From Prosthecobacter sp. (GTDB taxonomy: Bacteria; Verrucomicrobiota; Verrucomicrobiia; Verrucomicrobiales; Verrucomicrobiaceae), in contig NZ_JBAQCR010000151.1 of NCBI RefSeq assembly GCF_049294395.1, forward strand, positions 5,444-69,443: a stretch of DNA of 64,000 bases, read 5' to 3'. Below the pieces are notes generated by a model. It worked only from the letters and a program-made list of their open reading frames with translations, was not told the DNA's origin and did not search any database. Position 1 is the first letter of the stretch, and each line of letters opens with the position of its first letter. Made by a program: the position numbers and the translations under genes. Below, piece by piece: positions 52,019 to 60,955 of this stretch.

Positions 52019-52729
52019 ATGGTCAAACTTGCCGCCTTCTTCATTCTTGCCACCTCGTCCGTACTTCTCGCAGACACACAAACACCGGCTTCATACAGCG
52101 GTGATTTTGTCATCAAGGTCAACTACCGCTACCTCCTGAGCAAGCCGGAGGGCTACACAGACAACAAGGATAAAAAATGGCCTCTGGTGGTCTTCCTCCA
52201 CGGTTCAGGTGAACGGGGCACCGATCTTGAACTGATCAAAAAACACGGACCGCCGAAGCTGCTGGCTGCCGGGCAGAAATTTCCCGCCATCATCGCCAGC
52301 CTGCAATGCGAACCCAACAACCTGTGGAATCCGCACAGTGTCCAGGCGGTCACCGAACACTTGGTCAAAACGCTGCGTGTCGATCCCAAGCGCGTTTATC
52401 TAACTGGCATCAGCATGGGCGGCTTCGGCACCTGGGAAACCGCTTTTGAGTATCCTGAGACCTATGCCGCCATCGCGCCCATCTGTGGCGGTGCTGGTGT
52501 GCGCTGGGTGACGGCGCAGCGTCTCAAGAGCATGCCCTGCTGGATCTTCCATGGCGACAAGGACGGCGCGGTTCCGATCGAGAACAGCCAGAAGATTTAT
52601 GATGCTCTGAAAAAGATCGACGCGCCGGTCAAATTCACCATCTACCCCGGCGTCGGTCATGATTCGTGGACTCAAACTTATGCCAACCCAGAGTTCTGGA
52701 GCTGGCTGTTTGAGCAGAAGAAGCCATGA
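52019..52729 (+). CDS. Secreted alpha/beta-hydrolase esterase (phospholipase/carboxylesterase or PHB-depolymerase-type)
   Basis: WPLVVFLHGSGERG. Nucleophile elbow GISMGGFG. HGDKDGAVP (Asp) and GVGHDSW (His) complete the triad. Confidence 0.8.
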   Translation: MVKLAAFFILATSSVLLADTQTPASYSGDFVIKVNYRYLLSKPEGYTDNKDKKWPLVVFLHGSGERGTDLELIKKHGPPKLLAAGQKFPAIIASLQCEPNNLWNPHSVQAVTEHLVKTLRVDPKRVYLTGISMGGFGTWETAFEYPETYAAIAPICGGAGVRWVTAQRLKSMPCWIFHGDKDGAVPIENSQKIYDALKKIDAPVKFTIYPGVGHDSWTQTYANPEFWSWLFEQKKP

Positions 52730-52762
52730 CAGGCGGCAGGTCCGGCGGGCGTTTGATCTCTC

Positions 52763-54949
52763 ATGATCCGCCCTCTCCTCCCGCTACTCATTGCCACCTC
52801 ATTGCAGGCTCAGGTGCTGCCAGGCACCCAGCCGCTGGAGCCGAATCCCGATTTCTCCGCCACCATGGTGGCGGGGATCGACAAAATGGCGCTGCGGCTC
52901 ATCGACCAGTCGAAAACAGGCCGCAAGCCGACCCGCGAAAAATTGAAGGCCATCATCGGTGCGGTGGACGAGCGCCTGCCTATCACGGCGCTCGAACTCG
53001 TGGGTGATACAAACAATCCGGCGCTCCTGGCGGAAACCGACACCGCACGCATCCTGCGGGTGCGCTGGCCAGTGTTTGACGGCGTGCATGGAGAGGGCAT
53101 CCTGATTCAGCCGAAAGACAAGCCAGTAGCGCGGGTGATCTACATCCCGGATGCGGATACTGATCCCGAGAAGCTGGCGAATGACGCCATGCTGGCCTAT
53201 AGCGGCTGCGAGATCGTCATCCCTGCGCTTATCAGCCGCAGCAGCGAGTTCAGCACCAATGACAAGTTTGGCGTTAAGACGAACGTGCCGCACCGTGAGT
53301 GGATCTACCGCCAGTCGTATGAGCTGGGACGTCACATCATCGGTTACGAAGTGCAGAAGATGCTCTCCCTCGTCGATTACTTCGGCACGCAGACGAAGCT
53401 GCCGCTGCTTCTAGCCGGACTCGGTGAAGGCGGCCTGATCGCCATGTACTCCGGAGCCATCGACGAGCGCATCAGCTCTGTCTATGTGTGGGGCTGTTTT
53501 GAGCCGCGTGAAGGCGTTTGGGCCGAGCCGATCTACCGCAATGTCTTCAACCTGCTGCGTGACTTTGGCGATGCCGAAGTGGCCTCCCTCATCGGGCCAC
53601 GCCCCCTGGTGGTGCAAAACCTCGGCTTCCCGAATGTGCAGGGCCCGCCGAAGGCAAAGCCGGGCGAACGTGAAATCGCAGCCCCTGGCAAGATCAGCAA
53701 ACCGACACTCGAAGCCGTCAAGGCCGAGGTCGCCCGCGCCAAGGCACTCGTGCCCGGTGACTGGCTGATGCTGGCCACGGAGGAGCATGGCCTGAAGGAT
53801 GTGGTCACCCATCTGCTGCCCTCAGAAGTTGCCGAACAGCTCGTGAAACGGATCGAGCCGATCATGCCACAGAAAAACGAGCAGCATGCCCGAGTGGATG
53901 TCACGCGCCAGAAGCGCATGGTGCGCGAACTGGAGACATTCACGCAACGTCTGCTCGTCAGCACCGAAATGGAGCGCAAAACACAATTCTGGGACAAGCT
54001 GCCACTCAAAACCCTGGCGGAGTTTGAAAAGCATACCGCCGGTGAGCGTGACCGCTTTTGGAATGAAGTCATCGGCCGCCTGCCAGATCCGAGCCTGCCA
54101 GCGAATGCCAAAAGCCGCTTTGTGCGTGAGACTGACAAGGTCAAGATCTATGAGGTGACGATGGATGTGTGGGACGATGTCTTTGCCTGGGGATGGCTGT
54201 GCATGCCCAAGGATCTCAAGCCCGGCGAGAAGCGCCCCGTCGTCGTCTGCCAGCATGGTCTGGAAGGACTGCCGGAAGACACCATCACCACGGATGAGAC
54301 CAACCGCGCCTACGGAGCCTACAAGGCTTTCACGCTGCGTCTGGCTGAGCAGGGCTTCATCACCTTTGCTCCGCACAATCCCTACCGTGGCAAAGATGCG
54401 TTTCGCACGCTGCAGCGGAAGCTCAATCCGCTGGGCCTCACGCTCTACAGCGTCATTAATGGCCAGCACCAGCGCATTCTGGAGTGGCTGAAGGCGCAGC
54501 CGTTCACGCAGCCGGGCAAGATCGCCTTCTACGGCCTGAGCTACGGTGGAAAATCCGCCATGCGCACGCCTGCCGTGCTGACGGATTACTGCCTGAGCAT
54601 CTGCAGCGGCGACTTCAATGAATGGGTGCGCAAGTGCGTGAGCACTGACATGCCCATGAGCTACATCCACACCCATGAGTATGAAATCTGGGAGTGGAAC
54701 ATGGGCCGCACTTTCAACTATGCGGAAATGGCAGCCCTCATCGCGCCGAGGCCCTTTATGGTCGAGCGCGGTCACAACGACGGTGTGGGCGTGGATGAAT
54801 GGGTGAACTACGAGTTCGCCAAGGTGCGCCGGCTTTACAACAAGCTCCTCATCGGTGACCGCACGACCATCGAGCACTTCGACGGCCCTCACACCATCCA
54901 CGGAGTTGGGACATTTGAATTTTTGAAACAGAATCTCGGGTGGAAGTAA
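52763..54949 (+). CDS. Secreted two-lobed alpha/beta-hydrolase-like protein; the N-terminal lobe lacks the nucleophile
   Basis: The C-terminal lobe has YGLSYGGKSAM (GxSxG) ...ALIAPRPFMVERGHND. The N-terminal lobe has the parallel LAGLGEGGLIAMY ...SLIGPRPLVVQN with Glu in place of Ser. Signal peptide MIRPLLPLLIATSLQAQ. Confidence 0.65.
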   Translation: MIRPLLPLLIATSLQAQVLPGTQPLEPNPDFSATMVAGIDKMALRLIDQSKTGRKPTREKLKAIIGAVDERLPITALELVGDTNNPALLAETDTARILRVRWPVFDGVHGEGILIQPKDKPVARVIYIPDADTDPEKLANDAMLAYSGCEIVIPALISRSSEFSTNDKFGVKTNVPHREWIYRQSYELGRHIIGYEVQKMLSLVDYFGTQTKLPLLLAGLGEGGLIAMYSGAIDERISSVYVWGCFEPREGVWAEPIYRNVFNLLRDFGDAEVASLIGPRPLVVQNLGFPNVQGPPKAKPGEREIAAPGKISKPTLEAVKAEVARAKALVPGDWLMLATEEHGLKDVVTHLLPSEVAEQLVKRIEPIMPQKNEQHARVDVTRQKRMVRELETFTQRLLVSTEMERKTQFWDKLPLKTLAEFEKHTAGERDRFWNEVIGRLPDPSLPANAKSRFVRETDKVKIYEVTMDVWDDVFAWGWLCMPKDLKPGEKRPVVVCQHGLEGLPEDTITTDETNRAYGAYKAFTLRLAEQGFITFAPHNPYRGKDAFRTLQRKLNPLGLTLYSVINGQHQRILEWLKAQPFTQPGKIAFYGLSYGGKSAMRTPAVLTDYCLSICSGDFNEWVRKCVSTDMPMSYIHTHEYEIWEWNMGRTFNYAEMAALIAPRPFMVERGHNDGVGVDEWVNYEFAKVRRLYNKLLIGDRTTIEHFDGPHTIHGVGTFEFLKQNLGWK

Positions 54950-55031
54950 TTTCCTGCATTTAACAAAGCTCTCCAATCCATTCCGGACTTAGAGGCAAAG
55001 GCTTAGGTTCTTTTGAACCAACTGCCAAGGG

Positions 55032-57389
55032 ATGGCCGTGGCCATTCACCTATGGTCTCGCGCAATGAGCGTGACCCATTTTTTAAAGAAGCCTGTATTC
55101 TCCCTGCCGGCGCGCCAGGAGCTGCCCAATTTGCGGCATTTTTTCAGGCGTCTTTGGCTCATCTTCGGGGGGTCTGCACTGCTTCTGCTGGTCAGCTTTA
55201 TCGTGTTTGAAAACATCGGAGCCACTCTGGAAAAAGAACGTACCGCGACGGTGAACGCGGTCAATTTGCTGGGGAGGCAGCGTGCAGACAGCCAGACACT
55301 CAGCCGACTGATGCTTCAGGCGGAGAGCAGCACCGCACCGCTGCAGACTTACTATCTGGGACGCATAGATCTCGTCTGGGGCCTCATGAACACCTGCGAG
55401 GAAACCCTCCATTCTGGCAAGCTGGTGAAGCACGCCACAGGGAACCAGCTGGCCAGCATCCTGCAAAAGCTGGAGGAGGCCCATGGAAGCTATTTAAAGG
55501 CAGCCAAGCTGATGAGGAGGCTCTATCCCCGCACCGACGCCACCCCCACTCTGCTGAGGGGCATGGGAGAATTGCTGACCGAAGACTGCGACGCTCTGGC
55601 AGGTTCCCTGGATCAGGCCGCCCAAAAAATTCTTCAGGTCAATGCGGACATCAACGAGCATATCCGGCTGCTGGACTGGTTGCAGATCGGAGTGACAGGA
55701 GGCATCGCCTTGATGACAGCCCTGCTGCTGACGCGCGGACAGATCTCCACCATGGAGCGGCTGATCGACACCAGTGTGAAACTCCAGGAACTGACGTATC
55801 TGCAGAATGGCGTGCTGGAGAGCGCCGCCTGCGGCATCATCAGCACCAACACGAAGGGACTGATCGCCACGTTCAACTGCGGAGCAGAAAAGCTCACCGG
55901 GTATTTACGGCAGGAGGTTGTCGGCAGCCTGACACCGGAACTGTTCCATGATGCGTCCGACATGGAGCGCATGGCCGCCGAGGTCTCGCGCGAAACAGGA
56001 ATGACCATTGCACCGGGATTTGAGGTGTTCGTGGCCCATGTCAAATGCGGCATCCTGAGAGAACGGGAATGCACCTACGTGCGGAAAGATGGCAGCCGCG
56101 TCTCCGTCTCCCTGAATATCACAGCCATGCTGGACGAGGAGGGAGAGATCACCGGCTTCCTCGGCATCGTGACCGACATCACTGAGAAGAAGAAGCTGGA
56201 GCAGCAGTTCCTGCGCGCACAGCGGATCGAAAGTGTGGGCACGCTGGCAGGCGGCATCGCCCATGACCTTAACAATGTGCTCACGCCGATCATCATGTCG
56301 ATCGAGCTGCTGCGACTCACCCATACGAACGAACGCACACTCTCCATCCTGGGCAACATTGAAAGCAGTGCCAGGCGCGGGGCGGATCTGGTGCGGCAGA
56401 TCCTCACGTTTGCGCGCGGAGTGGAGGGCAGACGGACGGAATTGCGCGCCGGCCCTCTCATCAAGGACATCCAGCACTTCGTTCAGGACACCTTCCCCAA
56501 GAACATCTGCTGTTTCAGCAAACTGCCTGACGAACTGCCTTCATTTCTGGGGGATCCCACGCAGCTGCATCAAATTCTGCTCAATCTGTGCGTGAATGCG
56601 CGTGATGCCATGCCCGACGGCGGAACACTGACCATCGCTGCCGGCTGTTCCGTCATGGACGAGGCCGCAGCAGCCTTGCAAATGGATGCCAAACCCGGCC
56701 CCTATGTCACGATCAGCGTGAGTGACACCGGCAGCGGCATTCCCCCGGAGGTCTTGGACAAGATTTTCGACCCCTTCTTCACCACCAAGGAGATCGGCAA
56801 GGGCACGGGGCTCGGCCTGTCCACGGTGCTGAGCATCACCAAGAGCCATGGTGGCTTCGTCACGGTCACCAGCGAACCCACCAAGGAAACCGCCTTCACC
56901 ATCTGGCTGCCAGCCGTTCCCAATACAGGCAGCTGCATCAAATCCCCACTCAAGGAGGAACCACCGATGCCGCTTGGCAAAGGCGAGCTGATTCTGATCG
57001 TGGATGATGAGGAGGCCATCCGCACCACCACGCGGCAGACCCTCGAGGCGCTGGACTACCGCACCCTGGTGGCCGCCAATGGGGCTGAGGCAGTGGCGCT
57101 TTATACCCAGCACAACGCGGAAATCGCCGTGGTGCTGACGGACATGATGATGCCAGTCATGGATGGCCCGGCCACCATTCAGATGCTCCAGCGCATCAAT
57201 CCCGATGTGAAAATCATCGCGGCCAGCGGTGTCGCCCACCTGGGCGGGCCGGCCAAAGTGGCCGAGATGGGTGTCAGGCACTTCCTGCCCAAACCTTACA
57301 CGGCCCAGACTGTGATGACGACTCTTCACCTCGTGATCAACGAGGCAGACACTTGGCGGGAAGCGCCGGTCAGCAGCATGACCTTGTAA
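55032..57389 (+). CDS. Hybrid sensor histidine kinase/response regulator with PilJ/NarX-type periplasmic sensor, PAS, HisKA, HATPase and REC domains
   Basis: Two TM helices flank a sensor segment containing AVNLLGRQRADSQTLSRLMLQ. PAS region (GIISTNTKGLIATFNCGAEKLTGY). H-box GGIAHDLNNVLT. G-boxes DTGSGI and GTGLGLS. Receiver region ILIVDDEE...LTDMMMPVMDG...K. An alternative start lies at 55074. Confidence 0.9.
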   Translation: MAVAIHLWSRAMSVTHFLKKPVFSLPARQELPNLRHFFRRLWLIFGGSALLLLVSFIVFENIGATLEKERTATVNAVNLLGRQRADSQTLSRLMLQAESSTAPLQTYYLGRIDLVWGLMNTCEETLHSGKLVKHATGNQLASILQKLEEAHGSYLKAAKLMRRLYPRTDATPTLLRGMGELLTEDCDALAGSLDQAAQKILQVNADINEHIRLLDWLQIGVTGGIALMTALLLTRGQISTMERLIDTSVKLQELTYLQNGVLESAACGIISTNTKGLIATFNCGAEKLTGYLRQEVVGSLTPELFHDASDMERMAAEVSRETGMTIAPGFEVFVAHVKCGILRERECTYVRKDGSRVSVSLNITAMLDEEGEITGFLGIVTDITEKKKLEQQFLRAQRIESVGTLAGGIAHDLNNVLTPIIMSIELLRLTHTNERTLSILGNIESSARRGADLVRQILTFARGVEGRRTELRAGPLIKDIQHFVQDTFPKNICCFSKLPDELPSFLGDPTQLHQILLNLCVNARDAMPDGGTLTIAAGCSVMDEAAAALQMDAKPGPYVTISVSDTGSGIPPEVLDKIFDPFFTTKEIGKGTGLGLSTVLSITKSHGGFVTVTSEPTKETAFTIWLPAVPNTGSCIKSPLKEEPPMPLGKGELILIVDDEEAIRTTTRQTLEALDYRTLVAANGAEAVALYTQHNAEIAVVLTDMMMPVMDGPATIQMLQRINPDVKIIAASGVAHLGGPAKVAEMGVRHFLPKPYTAQTVMTTLHLVINEADTWREAPVSSMTL

Positions 57390-57402
57390 GGAGCCGCCCC
57401 CC

Positions 57403-58248
57403 TCAGCTTTTCATTGGCGCTGTCGAGAGCACGGGCTGGATGTGATGTTCGGAGACGAGCGTGACGAGCAGATTGTTCACCATGGTGGATTTGGAGGCTG
57501 CGTCGAGCTGCACGATGCCGTCGGTTTCAAGCTTGCGCAGCGCCATTTCGACCATGCCGATGGCGCCATCCACGATGATCTGGCGCGCGGCGAGAACCGC
57601 CTGTGCCTGCTGGCGGCGCAGCATGGCCTGGGCAATTTCCGGGCTGTAGGCCAGATGGCTAAGCTGGGCCTCCAAAATCTCAATGCCCGCCAGACTGGTG
57701 CGTTCCTCAAGTTCCGCACGCAACTGGCGTGCGATGTCCACAGGGTGGCTGCGGAGGGCGATTTCCCCGGGCGTGTGCGGCTCATAGGGGAAAAGATTGG
57801 AGAGGTGGCGCAGTGCCGTCTCCCCCTGCAGACGAACGAAGTTATTGCAGTTCTCGACGGCAAAGGTCGCCTTGGCCGAGTCCACCACACGCCAGACGAT
57901 CACCGCTGCGATTTCAATCGGATTGCCATGAGCATCGTTGACCTTGAGCTGCTCGCTTTGGAAGTTGGCGATTTTGAGGGAGATCTTCTGCCTGCCGGCG
58001 AAGGGGTTGATCCACCAGAACCCGTTGTGAACGAGGCTGCCGGTGTACTTGCCAAAGAAAGTGAGCACCACGGCTTCATTGGGAGAAACGATGACGAAAC
58101 CCTTCAGCAGCAAGAACCCGATGATGGCCGCTGGAACTGTCAGCAGTGGGATGTACTGAGGGAATTGGTAAAAGCTGATGGCCACAAGACCAAGGGCCGC
58201 AAAAATGACGAGGATGCCGGGAAGGGCCAGAGCATTGCGTTCTTTCAT
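57403..58248 (-). CDS. SPFH/band-7 domain membrane protein
   Basis: I use the ATG at 58248 (MKERNALALPGILVIFAALGLVAISF). Two N-terminal TM helices, then an SPFH-like core (ISLKIANFQSEQLKVNDAHGNPIEIAAVIVWRVVD...). The track ORF extends to 58365. Confidence 0.8.
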   Translation of the reverse strand: MKERNALALPGILVIFAALGLVAISFYQFPQYIPLLTVPAAIIGFLLLKGFVIVSPNEAVVLTFFGKYTGSLVHNGFWWINPFAGRQKISLKIANFQSEQLKVNDAHGNPIEIAAVIVWRVVDSAKATFAVENCNNFVRLQGETALRHLSNLFPYEPHTPGEIALRSHPVDIARQLRAELEERTSLAGIEILEAQLSHLAYSPEIAQAMLRRQQAQAVLAARQIIVDGAIGMVEMALRKLETDGIVQLDAASKSTMVNNLLVTLVSEHHIQPVLSTAPMKS

Positions 58249-58399
58249 AATCAGAAGGTTGTTTAGGACGCAATTGAACTGGTTTCTTGAATTCCCGTCA
58301 CTGAGAATTTTACAGAGATTTTCCGCCCACCTGCGACCACGACAGCCCATTTGCATTCGCTGCATCGTCCGCTAGGCTGAAGGCGTAACCCAACGCGCT

Positions 58400-58756
58400 A
58401 TGCAAACACCCAAAATCACCGCCTACCTGAAAACCTACTGTGGCTGGAGCGAAGGCGTCCGTGCCATCTTCCGCAAATACGATCTCGCTTTCGAAGAGAA
58501 GGACATCATCAAAAATCCGGCCTTCCGCTGGGAAATGGAACAGAAGAGCGGCCAGCCGCTGTCCCCCTGCGTGGAAATCAACGGCACCATGCTGGCCGAC
58601 ATCAGCGGCGCTGAAGTGGAAGCCTGGATGAATGACAACGGCCTGCTCGAAAAGAACGAAGCTCCGGCCGATGCACCGATCGATTCCGCCTGCACCGACG
58701 CGCAGCACGCCGCCATGGCCGCAGGTCAGGTGGGCACCTTGAAATTCGTGGGCTGA
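58400..58756 (+). CDS. Glutaredoxin-like (thioredoxin-fold) protein with a single-Cys CGWS site
   Basis: KITAYLKTYCGWSEGVRAIF...DII...SPCVEINGTMLADISG follows the glutaredoxin beta-alpha-beta layout, but CGWS replaces CPYC. Confidence 0.55.
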   Translation: MQTPKITAYLKTYCGWSEGVRAIFRKYDLAFEEKDIIKNPAFRWEMEQKSGQPLSPCVEINGTMLADISGAEVEAWMNDNGLLEKNEAPADAPIDSACTDAQHAAMAAGQVGTLKFVG

Positions 58757-58762
58757 TTCTGC

Positions 58763-59395
58763 ATGCGTTCCCGGCTTTTCCTCCTTGGGCTGGCGGTTTC
58801 ACTCGCTGCCTGCAACACCGTTTATTACGCCGCCTGGGAAAAGCTGGGCTACGAGAAGCGTGACCTGCTCAAGAGCGCGGTCAAGAAGGCTCGTGGCGAG
58901 CAAAAAGATGCGGGTGAGCAGTTTCAAGATGCACTCACCCAGCTCAAAAAGCTGACCAACTACAACGGCGGCAATCTCGAGTCTGCGTACAACCGCTTTA
59001 AAGGCGAATATGAAGACTGCGAAGCCCAGGCAACTCGGGTACGCGGCCAGATCCGCGAGGTGGACACGGTGGCGCGGGATCTCTTCCGCGAATGGGAGAG
59101 CGAGATCCGCCAGTATGAAAACGCCTCTCTGGCGGCCGACAGCCGCCGCAAGCTGGCGGACACTCGCAGCCGGTTTGAGCCCCTTTCACGTTCCCTGCAC
59201 TCGGCCGAAGCCACGATGGAGCCCGTGCTGCGCCAGTTTCACGATCAGGTGCTTTATTTGAAGCATAATCTGAACGCCGCAGCCATTGGCTCGCTGCGTG
59301 GTACGGCGGACAACATCCAAAGCGACATCCAGCGACTGCTCGACCAGATGAACCGCTCCATTGCTGAGGCGGACCGGTTTATTCAGACGCTGTAA
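58763..59395 (+). CDS. DUF2959-like lipoprotein
   Basis: Lipobox LAVSLAACN. The helical body (YYAAWEKLGYEKRDLLKSAVKKARGEQKDAGEQF...) resembles DUF2959 proteins. The family call is tentative. Confidence 0.55.
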   Translation: MRSRLFLLGLAVSLAACNTVYYAAWEKLGYEKRDLLKSAVKKARGEQKDAGEQFQDALTQLKKLTNYNGGNLESAYNRFKGEYEDCEAQATRVRGQIREVDTVARDLFREWESEIRQYENASLAADSRRKLADTRSRFEPLSRSLHSAEATMEPVLRQFHDQVLYLKHNLNAAAIGSLRGTADNIQSDIQRLLDQMNRSIAEADRFIQTL

Positions 59396-59398
59396 AAA

Positions 59399-59474
59399 GT
59401 ACGACAGACACTCTTGTCTGTCGGTCTGGGACAATTTGTGAACGCTGATCGACAGACAGGAGTGTCTGTCGTAC
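59399..59474. repeat. Nested palindromes: two self-complementary 25-nt arms in inverted orientation
   Basis: Arm 1, gtacgacagacactcttgtctgtcg (59399-423). Arm 2, cgacagacaggagtgtctgtcgtac (59450-474), is its reverse complement with 1 mismatch. Each arm is itself a 9-bp stem, cgacagaca-NNNN-tgtctgtcg. Confidence 0.85.
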
Positions 59475-59479
59475 TCCAG

Positions 59480-59511
59480 AAAAAAGCCCCCCCGCTTCGC
59501 AGCAGGAGGGC
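59480..59511 (-). terminator. Rho-independent terminator downstream of the formaldehyde dehydrogenase gene
   Basis: The minus strand reads GCCCTCC-TGCTGCGAAGC-GGGGGGGC followed by TTTTTT, about 25 nt after the stop at 59538. Confidence 0.7.
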
Positions 59512-59537
59512 TTTCCAACCTAACTCTCAAAAACCTA

Positions 59538-60734
59538 TCAGGCTTTGATCATGCCGTGAGGGTCGATGACGTACTTGCGGGCAGCGCCCTTGTCGAAGTC
59601 CACGTAGCCTTTGGGAGCACCCTTCAGGGAGATCACCTGGACATTGGTCGCCTTGGCGATTTTGATCTTGTCGTGAAGGATGGCCATCATGAGGCGGCGA
59701 TGGTACTTCATGACCGGGCACTGGCCGGTGACGAAGGTGTGGCTCTTGGCCCAGCCGAGACCGATGCGGATGGAAAGACTGCCCACTTTGGCAGCTTCAT
59801 CGACCGCGCCTGGATCACCCGTGACGTAGAGGCCGGGAATGCCGATGGCACCGCCCGCCTTGGTGAGTTCCATGACGCTGTTGAGCACCTGAGCAGGCAC
59901 TTCCTTGCTGTGGTCATGGCCGCAGCCACGGGCTTCAAAGCCGACGCAATCCACCGAGCAGTCCACTTCAGGCACGCCGAGGATGTTTTCGATCTGATCC
60001 TGAATGGAAGCAGAGAGGGAAACGTCCACGGTTTCACAACCGAAGCGGCGGGCCTGGGCCAGACGCTCCTTGTTCAAATCACCGACGATGACGACAGCGG
60101 CGCCGAGCAGATGACAGGAAGCCGCACAGGCGAGGCCGACAGGGCCGGCACCAGCGATGTAGACCGTCGCACCCGGGCCCACTCCTGCGGAGACGGCACC
60201 GTGATAGCCGGTGGGGAAAATGTCCGAAAGCAGGGTGAGGTCTTTGATCTTGGCCAGCGCCTGATCGCGATCCGGGAACTTCAGGAGATTGAAGTCAGCG
60301 TAGGGCACCATGACGTATTCCGCCTGCCCACCGACCCAGCCGCCCATGTCCACGTAGCCATAAGCCGCGCCAGGACGGGCAGGATTCACATTCAGACAGA
60401 TGCCGGTCTTGCCTTCTTTGCAGTTGGCGCAACGTCCGCAGGCGATGTTGAAAGGCACGCTGACGATGTCCCCTTTCTTGATGAACTCCACATCGCGCCC
60501 CGTCTCGATGACTTCACCAGTGATTTCATGGCCGAGGATCAGCCCCTTCTGTGCGGTGGTACGACCGCGCACCATGTGCTGGTCGGAACCGCAGATGTTG
60601 GTGCTGACGACTTTAAGGATGACTCCGTGATGGCATTTGCGCTTTTGTTCGCGCAATTCCAGTTTCGGGAAATCAATGCTCTGAACCTCTACCTTACCGG
60701 TACCCATGTAGGCGACACCATGATTGCTTGGCAT
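59538..60734 (-). CDS. fdhA: Glutathione-independent formaldehyde dehydrogenase (Zn-dependent MDR family)
   Basis: 398 aa. GHEITGEVIETG zinc site. Structural-Zn cluster CGRCANCKEGKTGIC. GAGPVGLA NAD fold. Layout matches Pseudomonas-type FdhA. Confidence 0.88.
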   Translation of the reverse strand: MPSNHGVAYMGTGKVEVQSIDFPKLELREQKRKCHHGVILKVVSTNICGSDQHMVRGRTTAQKGLILGHEITGEVIETGRDVEFIKKGDIVSVPFNIACGRCANCKEGKTGICLNVNPARPGAAYGYVDMGGWVGGQAEYVMVPYADFNLLKFPDRDQALAKIKDLTLLSDIFPTGYHGAVSAGVGPGATVYIAGAGPVGLACAASCHLLGAAVVIVGDLNKERLAQARRFGCETVDVSLSASIQDQIENILGVPEVDCSVDCVGFEARGCGHDHSKEVPAQVLNSVMELTKAGGAIGIPGLYVTGDPGAVDEAAKVGSLSIRIGLGWAKSHTFVTGQCPVMKYHRRLMMAILHDKIKIAKATNVQVISLKGAPKGYVDFDKGAARKYVIDPHGMIKA

Positions 60735-60955
60735 AATATTGTGTGGTTGTGGTTGGTTGAATTTAGGGGATTCCCGGTCATGCTAGTCAGAACCGGCAGA
60801 TCGCGTCAATCCCAGTGAAGGAAAAACGTTGGCAGCCAGGAAGGAGCGGTGCAGGGGCCGGGAAAAGGCTGACGCCGCTGGGATTAGCTAAACGAATGGC
60901 ACCAGATGCTCTTTCGGATTGCCTGCCCGCGAGCAGCCCGCCACAATGCGCATGC

